This document shows positions 55,709 to 63,982 of a stretch of 64,000 bases of DNA, piece after piece. Location: positions 1 through 64,000 of IMG/VR virus record IMGVR_UViG_3300042691_020140; one strand, written 5' to 3'. The position numbers and the translations under genes are program-made. Numbering within the stretch: position 1 is the first letter of the stretch; the number at the start of each line of letters is the position of its first letter. This DNA is from a virus. A model generated the notes under the pieces. The model had not been told where the DNA came from. It made no database searches and saw only the letters and a list, made by a program, of their open reading frames with translations.

Positions 55709-56308
55709 ATGAGCAAGAAACATGTGGTGCGTGAGATGGATTTCGGTTTCAAGACTGACGTGCAATTGATTTGTGCCGTCACCGGTGCGAGTGCTGACAA
55801 AGTGACAAAGCCACTTGCGTACCTGTCTGAGGCTAGTGAAGCAGAATTGTCACAATGGTTTACGCCTACGCAAATCACACGCCTCAAGTCTGCTTTTGAG
55901 CTGTCTAAGCGTCGTGCCGTATCGTTGCCCACGCAAATCCGTGCCCCTGCTGATGCAGCTACGTACCTGATGGCTAACTATCAAGACAAGATGCAAGAGC
56001 ATTTTATCGTGTTGTGTCTGAATACGAAAAATCGCATCATCTCGACGGTAGAATTGTACAAAGGTGCATTGAACACTAGCGTAGTACGCACCGGCGAAGT
56101 ATTCCGTGAGGCTATCAAAGTTAACGCATGTGCTATCATCATCGCACATAATCATCCGAGTGGTGATATTACGCCGTCTGCTGAGGATGTCAGTACTACC
56201 CGAGATATTGCAAGTGCCGGTAAATTGTTAGACATCGATTTACTAGACCACTTGATTATCGGGCATGGTCAATGGACTAGTCTGCGTGAGCGTGGCTTAG
56301 GATTCTAG
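55709..56308 (+). CDS. radC: RadC-family JAB/MPN domain protein
   Basis: QEHF-x-VL-x-LNTKNRII, HNHPSGD-x-TPS-x-ED, LLDHLII. Confidence 0.92.
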   Translation: MSKKHVVREMDFGFKTDVQLICAVTGASADKVTKPLAYLSEASEAELSQWFTPTQITRLKSAFELSKRRAVSLPTQIRAPADAATYLMANYQDKMQEHFIVLCLNTKNRIISTVELYKGALNTSVVRTGEVFREAIKVNACAIIIAHNHPSGDITPSAEDVSTTRDIASAGKLLDIDLLDHLIIGHGQWTSLRERGLGF

Positions 56309-56475
56309 ACCACGCCGGTTTTTGGGGGAGCTACGGCTCCCCTAAAAATTTCGGCAAAGTTGGGGGGCTCGAAGAGTCCCCCATTTTCTCTCATCATTCT
56401 CTCATACTATTCTGTTTGTAGACATGCTATACTATAAATGGTTAGGAAAGCAGTAGCAGTAATAAGGAGACAAAC

Positions 56476-56667
56476 ATGAAGCAGGTACAGGACATGGAGC
56501 AGACCATTAATCGCAAGGTTATCAATCCGTTTAAGACGATTTTGGACCTTATGACGATGGGGCACTCGTATCGTGACGGCGCAATCATGCGTGTGATGCT
56601 CGCCGGTTATCTCATCAACTGGTTAGAGGGGTATCGCCGATACTGGGATAGCCAAATCGGGCGGTAA
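56476..56667 (+). CDS. cassette hypothetical protein
   Basis: AAGGAG RBS; own promoter. Confidence 0.68.
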   Translation: MKQVQDMEQTINRKVINPFKTILDLMTMGHSYRDGAIMRVMLAGYLINWLEGYRRYWDSQIGR

Positions 56668-56822
56668 ATTCCACAGGATTTGGGGGAGCTGCGGCTCCCC
56701 TAAATTCATCGCCAAAAATGGGGGGCTCGAAGAGTCCCCCAAATCCTCTCATTATTCTCTAATGTAGCACACACTTTTTGTATGCTATACTATAGATGTA
56801 AGTTAGTTAGATAGGAGATTTT

Positions 56823-57038
56823 ATGAAGGCTAAACTTCGTATCGGTGATGATGGTCGGTTAGAAAGATACTACGCTACACATTGTCAGACATGTGGGATT
56901 GAGCAACGTCACTTGCGTGCGTTTGGCTTCCCACTAAAGTTTTATGACTTTTATCACTACTGCTTCTTCGATGGTCACAGAGGTACTAAACATATTTGCA
57001 AAGTGTGTGAACACAAGTATTCGCAATATCAGCCATAG
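56823..57038 (+). CDS. small Zn-finger protein
   Basis: CQTC...CKVC; AGGAG RBS. Confidence 0.68.
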   Translation: MKAKLRIGDDGRLERYYATHCQTCGIEQRHLRAFGFPLKFYDFYHYCFFDGHRGTKHICKVCEHKYSQYQP

Positions 57039-57048
57039 GAGTTACAGA

Positions 57049-57252
57049 ATGAGTACAAGATTTCGTATAGGGCGTGAATTGTTTGTGGTGGAATCTCCTA
57101 GCAAAAAATGGATAGTACTAATTGTGCTTGAAGTACCGAACAAAGGATGGGTAGTTAATATTACTAGGGATATGGAAATTGTGGAATCTCAATATTGGTT
57201 TGACTCTCAAGAGCAAGCCGGCGAATTCGCCGAGAAGTGGATGCCCACGTAG
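57049..57252 (+). CDS. hypothetical protein (start MSTRFR)
   Basis: AGGAG RBS before ATG 57049. Confidence 0.62.
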   Translation: MSTRFRIGRELFVVESPSKKWIVLIVLEVPNKGWVVNITRDMEIVESQYWFDSQEQAGEFAEKWMPT

Positions 57253-57408
57253 TCTTTGAGGCTTAAATCAATACCCGATGCAGCTTAGGCTACGTCGGGT
57301 ACGATTTTTAGGGGACTCTTCGAGCCCCCCAATTTCTCTCATCTTTCTCTAATGTTTCTAAGCATATACGCATGGTATACTAAGTATGTAAGTTAGTTAT
57401 AGGAGGTA

Positions 57409-57660
57409 GTGATGATTAGCGTTTTGATTGTCGGTGGTGACCGCTCGAGCATGGTAGACGGTTTGGCGTATGACTTGCATAAGGGTATCATTTTCTTGCG
57501 ATTCAAGACGACGCAAAAATGGTACGCAAAGCATGTCGGTTTGGAATACATCATGGAAGCTATTGACGTGTGGATGGATGAGAATCAGTCATTTGGCAAG
57601 TGGGCAAATCAGAATCACATTACTAAGAATATGACATTTTTTAGTGATGTAGACCTGTAA
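57409..57660 (+). CDS. KTSC-domain-like protein
   Basis: SSMV-x3-AYD...LRFK...Y...SFGKWAN. Confidence 0.6.
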   Translation: MMISVLIVGGDRSSMVDGLAYDLHKGIIFLRFKTTQKWYAKHVGLEYIMEAIDVWMDENQSFGKWANQNHITKNMTFFSDVDL

Positions 57661-57871
57661 GCACCACGGAGTTTTGGGGGAGCTGCGGCTCCCCTAAAAT
57701 TTTTGTCGATTTTTGGGGGACTCTTCGAGACCCCCATTTTCCTACCCGAGCTGCCAGCTGGCCCACGGCCACTCTCATCTGTCTCTCATTTAATTCTAAG
57801 CACTTATTAATATAGGGCGGTCGTGAGCATGTTATACTATGAATGTAAGTTAATTATATGTGAGGTGTGAG

Positions 57872-58576
57872 ATGCGTTTTGTAGTAGCTTCAAAAAATGA
57901 CAAATTGTCCCGTGGTAAAAATGTCATTGCCACGTATAGCCGGACCGGTGTTTCTTGTCCGTCGTCGTGTATGTTTCATCCCGAGCCCGATGCGTATGCC
58001 GTTGAGAAGCGTAATGCTTTCGGACGTGTCACAACGTGCTACACGTTGAAAGGCAACACACGCTATCATCAAAAGAGTCTTACATCTATCGATGCTCTTA
58101 AGGTGCGTGTAAGTGTTAAGAAGTTTCTTGATTTACGTAATGCTAAACGTGGTAAAGGTGTCACGCAAGCTAAACGTATTGATACAATCCGGTGGAATGT
58201 GTCCGGCGATGTTTTTGACGGCAATCTACCTAACGTTGAGTATATTGACGCAATTGTTTGGGCGTGTCAACAATTAGATAACGCAGGCATTAAATCGTTA
58301 GGTTATACACACGGATGGCACTTGCCTGAATTGCAAGCCCTTAAACAATGGTTTATGGCTTCATGTGATACAAAAGAAGAGGTATTGCAAGCTCAAGAGA
58401 TGGGATGGATGACCGCCCTCGTTATCGGCGATAATACAGACGTTAGCGGTCTTAAAATCGGTAAGTGTCCAAATCAGCTGACAAAAGGCAAAATTAAATG
58501 TGATGAGTGTATGCTATGCTCGCCCTCAAGCTTGCCAAAGTTTAGCTCTCGTGTGGTAGGTTTAAGCTATCACTAG
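57872..58576 (+). CDS. Cys-rich Gp88-like (radical-SAM-like fold) protein
   Basis: SCPSSC...CY, RWNVSGD, GYTH, ASCD, CP-x-Q...CxxCxxC. Confidence 0.6.
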   Translation: MRFVVASKNDKLSRGKNVIATYSRTGVSCPSSCMFHPEPDAYAVEKRNAFGRVTTCYTLKGNTRYHQKSLTSIDALKVRVSVKKFLDLRNAKRGKGVTQAKRIDTIRWNVSGDVFDGNLPNVEYIDAIVWACQQLDNAGIKSLGYTHGWHLPELQALKQWFMASCDTKEEVLQAQEMGWMTALVIGDNTDVSGLKIGKCPNQLTKGKIKCDECMLCSPSSLPKFSSRVVGLSYH

Positions 58577-58891
58577 ACGGTATATCCTCGTGATACCCCT
58601 AACGCCAGTTAGGGGTATTTTTATTGTCAAGTGGAATTGGGGGGCTCGAAGAGTCCCCTAAAACTACGGATCTACTCTATTTTATACTACAATAGATAGT
58701 AGTAAATTATTCAAAAGTAGAAAAGAAAAATTCTCAAAAATTCAAAATTCAAAATCCAAAATCTAAAATTCAAATCTCAAACTTCGCTGCACTTGTACAC
58801 TAAGGGACTTAAGGAGCATTGGAATTTTTTAGATCCGTAATTTAGGCACAGAAAAGCCCCAGACTTGGGGCCGTTCTGTAAAATTCAAATT

Positions 58892-59137
58892 CTAATCTTC
58901 GCTTACGTAGATTGAGCCTACCTTTTTAAACGTACTAGGATTATATTCCTTACCGACATCCCATGTAGCGTATTGCTTCTCAATCATGGTAATAAGTACG
59001 TATGTGTATAACTCCGGCGGGGTTTCTTTTCGGAACATCTCCGCCCTACGTTCTGCATAGTAAGAAGAGCTACAACGACTGTACCAATACCGTTTATAAT
59101 CGGGCCCGATAATCCAAATGTTAAATTCAAACTTCAC
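58892..59137 (-). CDS. hypothetical protein
   Basis: GAGGA RBS; follows 59139..59762. Confidence 0.6.
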   Translation of the reverse strand: MKFEFNIWIIGPDYKRYWYSRCSSSYYAERRAEMFRKETPPELYTYVLITMIEKQYATWDVGKEYNPSTFKKVGSIYVSED

Positions 59138-59138
59138 T

Positions 59139-59762
59139 CTAGTATTCCTCCTCTTTACTTCGGTATTCCTCTAATAAGTCATGAATAGCAAACTCAATCC
59201 CCTTAGCGATAACTGTACGACAGATGTTAGATACTAAGTCTGTTGTGTTGACCGCCTTAACAGCATGGCTCTCTAACTCAAGTGCATCGAATGATTCTAC
59301 ACCTGCATATAAGTGCGGCATATATACACCGCCGAGTAATCTATGCAGTAGAATCTTACGCTGTCCCTCTGTAATACACTCCCAGACAGACATGAATCTA
59401 AGCTCTGCAAATTCGTACACTAGGTCAACATCAAGCCATTCACGCTGATTATCGTTTCGCCACCGTAATCGCTTAGATAAGTTGTGTAAGAATTCATAGG
59501 CGATACCCTGTAAGTTTCTTGGCGTAAACTCTACACAGTACATATTAGCATCTGTAATAACAAACTTAATACCCAAGTCACCAAACGCATTAGCAAATGA
59601 CTCCAACTCACGGACAAAGAACGCCTTGTTAGCTTTCTCTACAACTGAAGCGTTGTAGTAAGGACAAACTTTGATAGAATACTTAGCGTCTGAAATCCAA
59701 GTCTCCCTCTGAATACAAAACTTCTGCAAATCCAAAATTGAAAATTCAAAATTCACTTCCAT
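59139..59762 (-). CDS. hypothetical protein
   Basis: AGGAGG RBS; minus-strand TG-TATACT promoter with reversed CTCTAAT boxes. Confidence 0.7.
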   Translation of the reverse strand: MEVNFEFSILDLQKFCIQRETWISDAKYSIKVCPYYNASVVEKANKAFFVRELESFANAFGDLGIKFVITDANMYCVEFTPRNLQGIAYEFLHNLSKRLRWRNDNQREWLDVDLVYEFAELRFMSVWECITEGQRKILLHRLLGGVYMPHLYAGVESFDALELESHAVKAVNTTDLVSNICRTVIAKGIEFAIHDLLEEYRSKEEEY

Positions 59763-59947
59763 AACTACCTCCTATAAATCTCGACTACACGTTTAGTATA
59801 GCACAGATAATCACCAGATTACATTAGAGCCACGTTAGAATTAATAGGGGACTCTTCGATACCCCCATTCTCTCTCTCATCTAATTCTAATGTTGACATT
59901 TCTAATGTATGCTATAATACAAATGGGTTAAGTTTTAGTAGGAGTTA

Positions 59948-60796
59948 GTGATGATTACTAAGTTTGTGTTCACCTCAAATGGTGCGGGCGGGATGAATGT
60001 TGTCGTCAATGGTGAGAATGTCGGTGCTATGTACCCTGATACGACTGGCATGTACGAGCTTTATCAAATCACCGATGTTGACACCGAAAACGAGAGTTTG
60101 AAAGTCAGCTACAACGCTATTGATTTGCGTAAGCGTATGACTACTAAACAGGCTGTCGAAGAAATGCTTAAGTGGAACACTGGACGGCATATGTTAGATA
60201 GTGGCGGTTATGGTAATCGTGGATGGGAGCGTTTGCAGGGCGTTGATTTAATGGCACGTCCTGAAGCTGTTATCGATGAACATGGTTATACGCAAGACTT
60301 GTTTCACTACCTGATTGAGCGTGTACACTTCTGTCAAGAAGCACAAGAATACTTCGATAAGGTGGACGCTGAGAATCCTGACTTGTCATATGCTGAGATT
60401 CTTAAGAAGCTCTATGATGAAGATGTGATTATCCACAACTGCTCGGGCTTGACTGCTAATGAAGATAATACCCTGTCACAGGACTTCATTTGGCATAGCG
60501 TAGAAGTCAAGTTGCCACAGTGGGATGATTATGAGACTATGACTATTATTCAATCGCACAATGGTGCAGATATTCGGGGCGGTTATTCTAAGCCATTCTT
60601 CTTTATGACTGAGTACGAAAACATCTTGTTAGATATTAATCGTGCTTGTGTATACTGTGATAGCTGTCATACTAACTGGTACAGTGATGATGGTTCTAAC
60701 ACATGGGAGAGTGATGACGATGGGGCGTGTGATTGGACTAACAACTGGAATGGCACAAACTTTGTATGTGCATGTGGCGGAGTAATTAAGGCATGA
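59948..60796 (+). CDS. phage hypothetical protein (acidic, C-terminal Cys motifs)
   Basis: NTGRHMLDSGG, HNGADIRGGY, CxxC; own promoter. Confidence 0.75.
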   Translation: MMITKFVFTSNGAGGMNVVVNGENVGAMYPDTTGMYELYQITDVDTENESLKVSYNAIDLRKRMTTKQAVEEMLKWNTGRHMLDSGGYGNRGWERLQGVDLMARPEAVIDEHGYTQDLFHYLIERVHFCQEAQEYFDKVDAENPDLSYAEILKKLYDEDVIIHNCSGLTANEDNTLSQDFIWHSVEVKLPQWDDYETMTIIQSHNGADIRGGYSKPFFFMTEYENILLDINRACVYCDSCHTNWYSDDGSNTWESDDDGACDWTNNWNGTNFVCACGGVIKA

Positions 60797-61149
60797 AAAT
60801 CACGGAATATGTAGCGAAGCTAGTAGACGGTCGTATTGACGGATGGTATCTCGAAAATCCCTATGTAGTGCTTCGCTACATAGGGTATGAGGGGGAAGAC
60901 CAAGACCCTTTTATTATGGAGACTGACTGGTATAGCATGGCTTGGTGTGCGTTGATTCAAATTTTGCCCGACGATGTTATTGTTAATATCATGTGCGAGC
61001 CTAACTGGTTTATGAAAGCTGCACACCAAAAGTACTATGAAGTGGTAGCAGAGGTTGAATTAATCTCTGGCGTGTGTTATAATGTAGATGTGTTCGATGG
61101 TGATATTATTCTAGTGAAGAAAGGTGATGTAGATGAATGTACCGATTAA
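60793..61149 (+). CDS. hypothetical protein
   Basis: ATGA overlap. Confidence 0.65.
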   Translation: MKITEYVAKLVDGRIDGWYLENPYVVLRYIGYEGEDQDPFIMETDWYSMAWCALIQILPDDVIVNIMCEPNWFMKAAHQKYYEVVAEVELISGVCYNVDVFDGDIILVKKGDVDECTD

Positions 61150-61435
61150 CGTGTCAGCAATGACAAAGACAGAGCGCAAAGCTCTAATCAAGATTTTGCA
61201 GGGCAATTTCACAGACCGTCTGATTATCCAACTTGGTGATACTATGGTGACTGCTCACGGTTGGGAGTACGCCGAGAATCCATCATGGTACACTCTGTAC
61301 TACAAAGACAAGATGGTACACCAAGACGCTACGTTGGATGAGTTGTTTGATACCGATAACTATATCACGAACGTGGATGATGATGAATTAGATGCAATTC
61401 GAAAATGGTTTGATACATTCCAACCTGAATGGTAA
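61133..61435 (+). CDS. hypothetical protein
   Basis: Coupled; followed by a hairpin at 61440-61468. Confidence 0.65.
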   Translation: MNVPINVSAMTKTERKALIKILQGNFTDRLIIQLGDTMVTAHGWEYAENPSWYTLYYKDKMVHQDATLDELFDTDNYITNVDDDELDAIRKWFDTFQPEW

Positions 61436-61608
61436 GCAGTGGCCCTCGGTGCTAGCATCGGGGGCCATCTCTTTGGCTTAGAAAATAGGGGAGTCGAAGA
61501 GTCCCCCATTCTCACTCATCAAATTCTCATTTTACTTTTGCCTAAAGTAGTGTATAATAAAGATGTTAGCAAATGACTAACACAGATTCGATTAGAGGAG
61601 TTAGACAG

Positions 61609-62058
61609 ATGGACATCAAGCAGTTTATTCAGGAGATGCAGGCGTTCGAGCGTACACTTAACAACGTGTACGACGAGATTGATTCAAGCGTGGTAGACAG
61701 TTTGGAAAACGAGATTGACGGATTGCGTGATTCTCTCCGTGACATCGAGAGTACTGTCAGCGATTGGTCAAATCAGCTTGACGAGGTGCGTGACGAATTC
61801 AACGCCCTCAAAGGGATGGTCAATGACATCGAGGATGAGCCGGTCAAGACTGAGATTGTGCTTATGTCAGATTGGCAGATGCAACAAAAGAAGACCTTTG
61901 TCCGCAACAACTTGCGTAACACAGAGCTTCTGACATCAATGCTCAAAGCAGACCCACAATCATTTTGGGTGACTATCGCTACCTGTATCGTAGAAGACCC
62001 ATTCCATTGTTCGGACCTCGCTGATTTTGTGGTGAATTATGAGCAGTACATTAAGTGA
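61609..62058 (+). CDS. acidic coiled-coil protein
   Basis: GAGGAG RBS before ATG 61609; heptad pattern. Confidence 0.7.
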   Translation: MDIKQFIQEMQAFERTLNNVYDEIDSSVVDSLENEIDGLRDSLRDIESTVSDWSNQLDEVRDEFNALKGMVNDIEDEPVKTEIVLMSDWQMQQKKTFVRNNLRNTELLTSMLKADPQSFWVTIATCIVEDPFHCSDLADFVVNYEQYIK

Positions 62059-62320
62059 TTTGGTGCTGAGCTATCGTGGGACCCCTACCCTTTGTGTGGT
62101 AGGGGACTCCCTCCCACGGGAGCAATGGCTATGGAAGAATTACAGTTTCTTGTCTAAGTTTGCTACGCCTGTCGGGCCACTACCCGAGAATGAAGCTAAC
62201 TTCACAGACAATCTAGCGTTTGTCGTACACGAAATGTTTTGGGATGTCAATGCACAGTTAGAGAAGTATAAGTTGCAGCTAGAATATGCCGGCGGTAATC
62301 TTTATCTAGTCCGTATGTAG
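62039..62320 (+). CDS. hypothetical protein
   Basis: Overlaps the upstream gene; terminator at 62325-62357. Confidence 0.6.
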   Translation: MSSTLSDLVLSYRGTPTLCVVGDSLPREQWLWKNYSFLSKFATPVGPLPENEANFTDNLAFVVHEMFWDVNAQLEKYKLQLEYAGGNLYLVRM

Positions 62321-62464
62321 GCCCGAAGCATCCCTAGAAATAGGGGTGCTTCTTTTTGGTGCAAATATTAGGGGACTCTTCGAGTCCCCCATTTCTTACG
62401 TCAAGCTGCACCGGCCAACAAAAAACCCCTCCCTTTGTGGGGGAGGGGCTTGGGTAGGGCTAGC

Positions 62465-62743
62465 CTACCATTCTAACTTGTTGTTCTGATAGGCGTACAC
62501 GAGAACAGAGCCCTCGGCTTCTGTGATGTGCCCCTTATCTACTGCCAGCTTAACAGCAAGGTCAATGAAAGCACCATCAACAACCACGTCACCATCAAGC
62601 GAGATGTCAAAGTACATTGGCTCTGGATAGTTCTCATAACCGTTGCCCCACAAAGTGATTTCCGAATCACCACGGATGATGTTGTACACAGCCTTAACCA
62701 CAAACTTACCACGGATTTGCTCAATTTGCTCACGAATAGTCAT
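62465..62743 (-). CDS. hypothetical protein
   Basis: AAGGAG RBS; TTGACA-N17-TATACT promoter; terminator at about 62421-62450. Confidence 0.7.
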   Translation of the reverse strand: MTIREQIEQIRGKFVVKAVYNIIRGDSEITLWGNGYENYPEPMYFDISLDGDVVVDGAFIDLAVKLAVDKGHITEAEGSVLVYAYQNNKLEW

Positions 62744-62802
62744 AGCTCACATACTCCTTAATTAAGATTACTCAGTCAGTATAACACACATTCAGTCATT
62801 TG

Positions 62803-62949
62803 TCAACGTCGGCGATTATCTCGCTCGATTGCGTCGAACAGTCCCAAGATACCGATAACTCCCACCACGATACGAACAACCGGAATGAACAACATGATAG
62901 CCAACAATTCCATAACCATGCGTTCACCCTCTGGGCTAAGATAACTCAA
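62803..62949 (-). CDS. 48-aa single-TM protein (not in the ORF track)
   Basis: AGGAGG RBS 8 nt before TTG; TTGCAT-N17-TAGAAT promoter. Confidence 0.55.
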   Translation of the reverse strand: MSYLSPEGERMVMELLAIMLFIPVVRIVVGVIGILGLFDAIERDNRRR

Positions 62950-63046
62950 TACTTAGCACCTCCTTTCTTGATTACATATGTATTCTACCATATATATAAG
63001 CGATATGCAAGTAAATAGCGGCGCTCTCATCTTACTCTCATTTTCG

Positions 63047-63292
63047 GTATATATACATATATAACATAATACATATATACATATATACACATATATAGAT
63101 TTAGCCCTGCACTTGTATATTATGGCCCCCTCGAGAGTTCCTGAGCGGGCACTTTAATGCGTTTTTGGGGAGTTTTGCCCTGTTTTGAGGGTTTTGAGTG
63201 CACAAATGTGGACAAGTGTATTGGGAGAGTTACATCCTCTCCCTTATTTTTATCCACATTCTCTCCACATTCCAGCATTAATCTGTGGAAAA
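63047..63292. other. candidate replication origin: AT-alternating tract plus DnaA-box cluster
   Basis: ATATAC-rich tract 63047-63098; TTATCCACA 63250-63258; TGTGGAAAA 63284-63292; TGTGGACAA 63207-63215; CTCTCCACA 63261-63269. Confidence 0.45.
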
Positions 63293-63457
63293 CTCTAGGG
63301 TATAGGTTAGGGTGGTAGGTTACTGGGGTTGATTACCTACCTTTATATATTGTTTGTTTATATATTTGTAGATAGAAATAAAAATAGAGCGGCGGAACTT
63401 TTTCTGAAAATCTAAAATCTAAATTTCAAATTTCATTTCTGCTCCACCGCTCTGGTT

Positions 63458-63982
63458 CTACAACAATGGGATTTTATCTCCATAGTTATCTTTGAGTAGG
63501 CTTATATAATAAGTTAGTGTATTATCCCAAGATTTAAGCCACGGGTATTTATCTTGGTCATGTCCGTAATCTATCTTATCTTTATAGTATTTAAGAACGT
63601 AGTATGTAGTTTGGGCGGGCAACTTTTTATCTAGGAAGTTATCAAGTACTAGACTTAAGTAGCTACGTTCCCAGTGAGTAGTTCCGCCGGAATATGTTGG
63701 TACCAGCTCATACATAATTATTGGGTTATCAATAATAGCACCAGCTGTCTGGGGTCTGGCATCTACCCAAACCCGACATTCAAATCTGTCATAAGAAGCT
63801 GTGGTAAAGTTGTTCACCAACTTCATAACATAGAAAACAGGAATTCGTGAGTGATCCTCTAGAACTTGCACAGTCTCAAATCCAAGACGAATAAAATCGT
63901 TCATTGTCCTAAGGCCAACTGTAGCATAGTGGTAAATAGAGCCAGTCATTAGGTGCGGAGCACCGTAATCAGTACTTGACAT
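63458..63982 (-). CDS. hypothetical protein
   Basis: 174-aa ORF followed by the inverted repeat AGAGCGG/CCGCTCT. Confidence 0.6.
   Translation of the reverse strand: MSSTDYGAPHLMTGSIYHYATVGLRTMNDFIRLGFETVQVLEDHSRIPVFYVMKLVNNFTTASYDRFECRVWVDARPQTAGAIIDNPIIMYELVPTYSGGTTHWERSYLSLVLDNFLDKKLPAQTTYYVLKYYKDKIDYGHDQDKYPWLKSWDNTLTYYISLLKDNYGDKIPLL

Larger units (their letters stand above)
47265..61530 (+). promoter_or_regulatory. 11-bp-periodic (C/T)TCT(C/A)AT boxes upstream of most cassette promoters
   Basis: 47265/47276/47287; 49257 onward; 52108/52119; 53157/53168; last box ends 10, 21-22 or 32 nt before the -10 hexamer. Confidence 0.85.
46091..62390. repeat. dispersed intergenic pseudo-palindrome families (about 60 copies): type A GGGGAG-N6-CTCCCC, type B GGGGACTC-(GAA/TTC)-GAGTCCCC, variant C GGGGTGTCC(C/G)GCAGTCCCC
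   Basis: Examples: A 46613, B 46656, C 46693; A 53093, B 53132; A 53865, B 53903; always flanked by A/T tracts; count made by eye. Confidence 0.95.

Noticed and set aside
55465-57984. Diversity-generating retroelement
   Set aside because: Only 56 bp, two non-adenine mismatches, the putative variable copy is near a 5' end, and no reverse transcriptase is in the window.
46091-62390. CRISPR array
   Set aside because: Repeats belong to several degenerate families, spacing is irregular, intervals hold whole genes or low-complexity A/T tracts, and no cas genes are present.
46091-62390. Integron cassette array with attC sites
   Set aside because: No RYYYAAC...GTTRRRY ends, elements are too short, each gene has its own promoter, and there is no integron integrase in the window.
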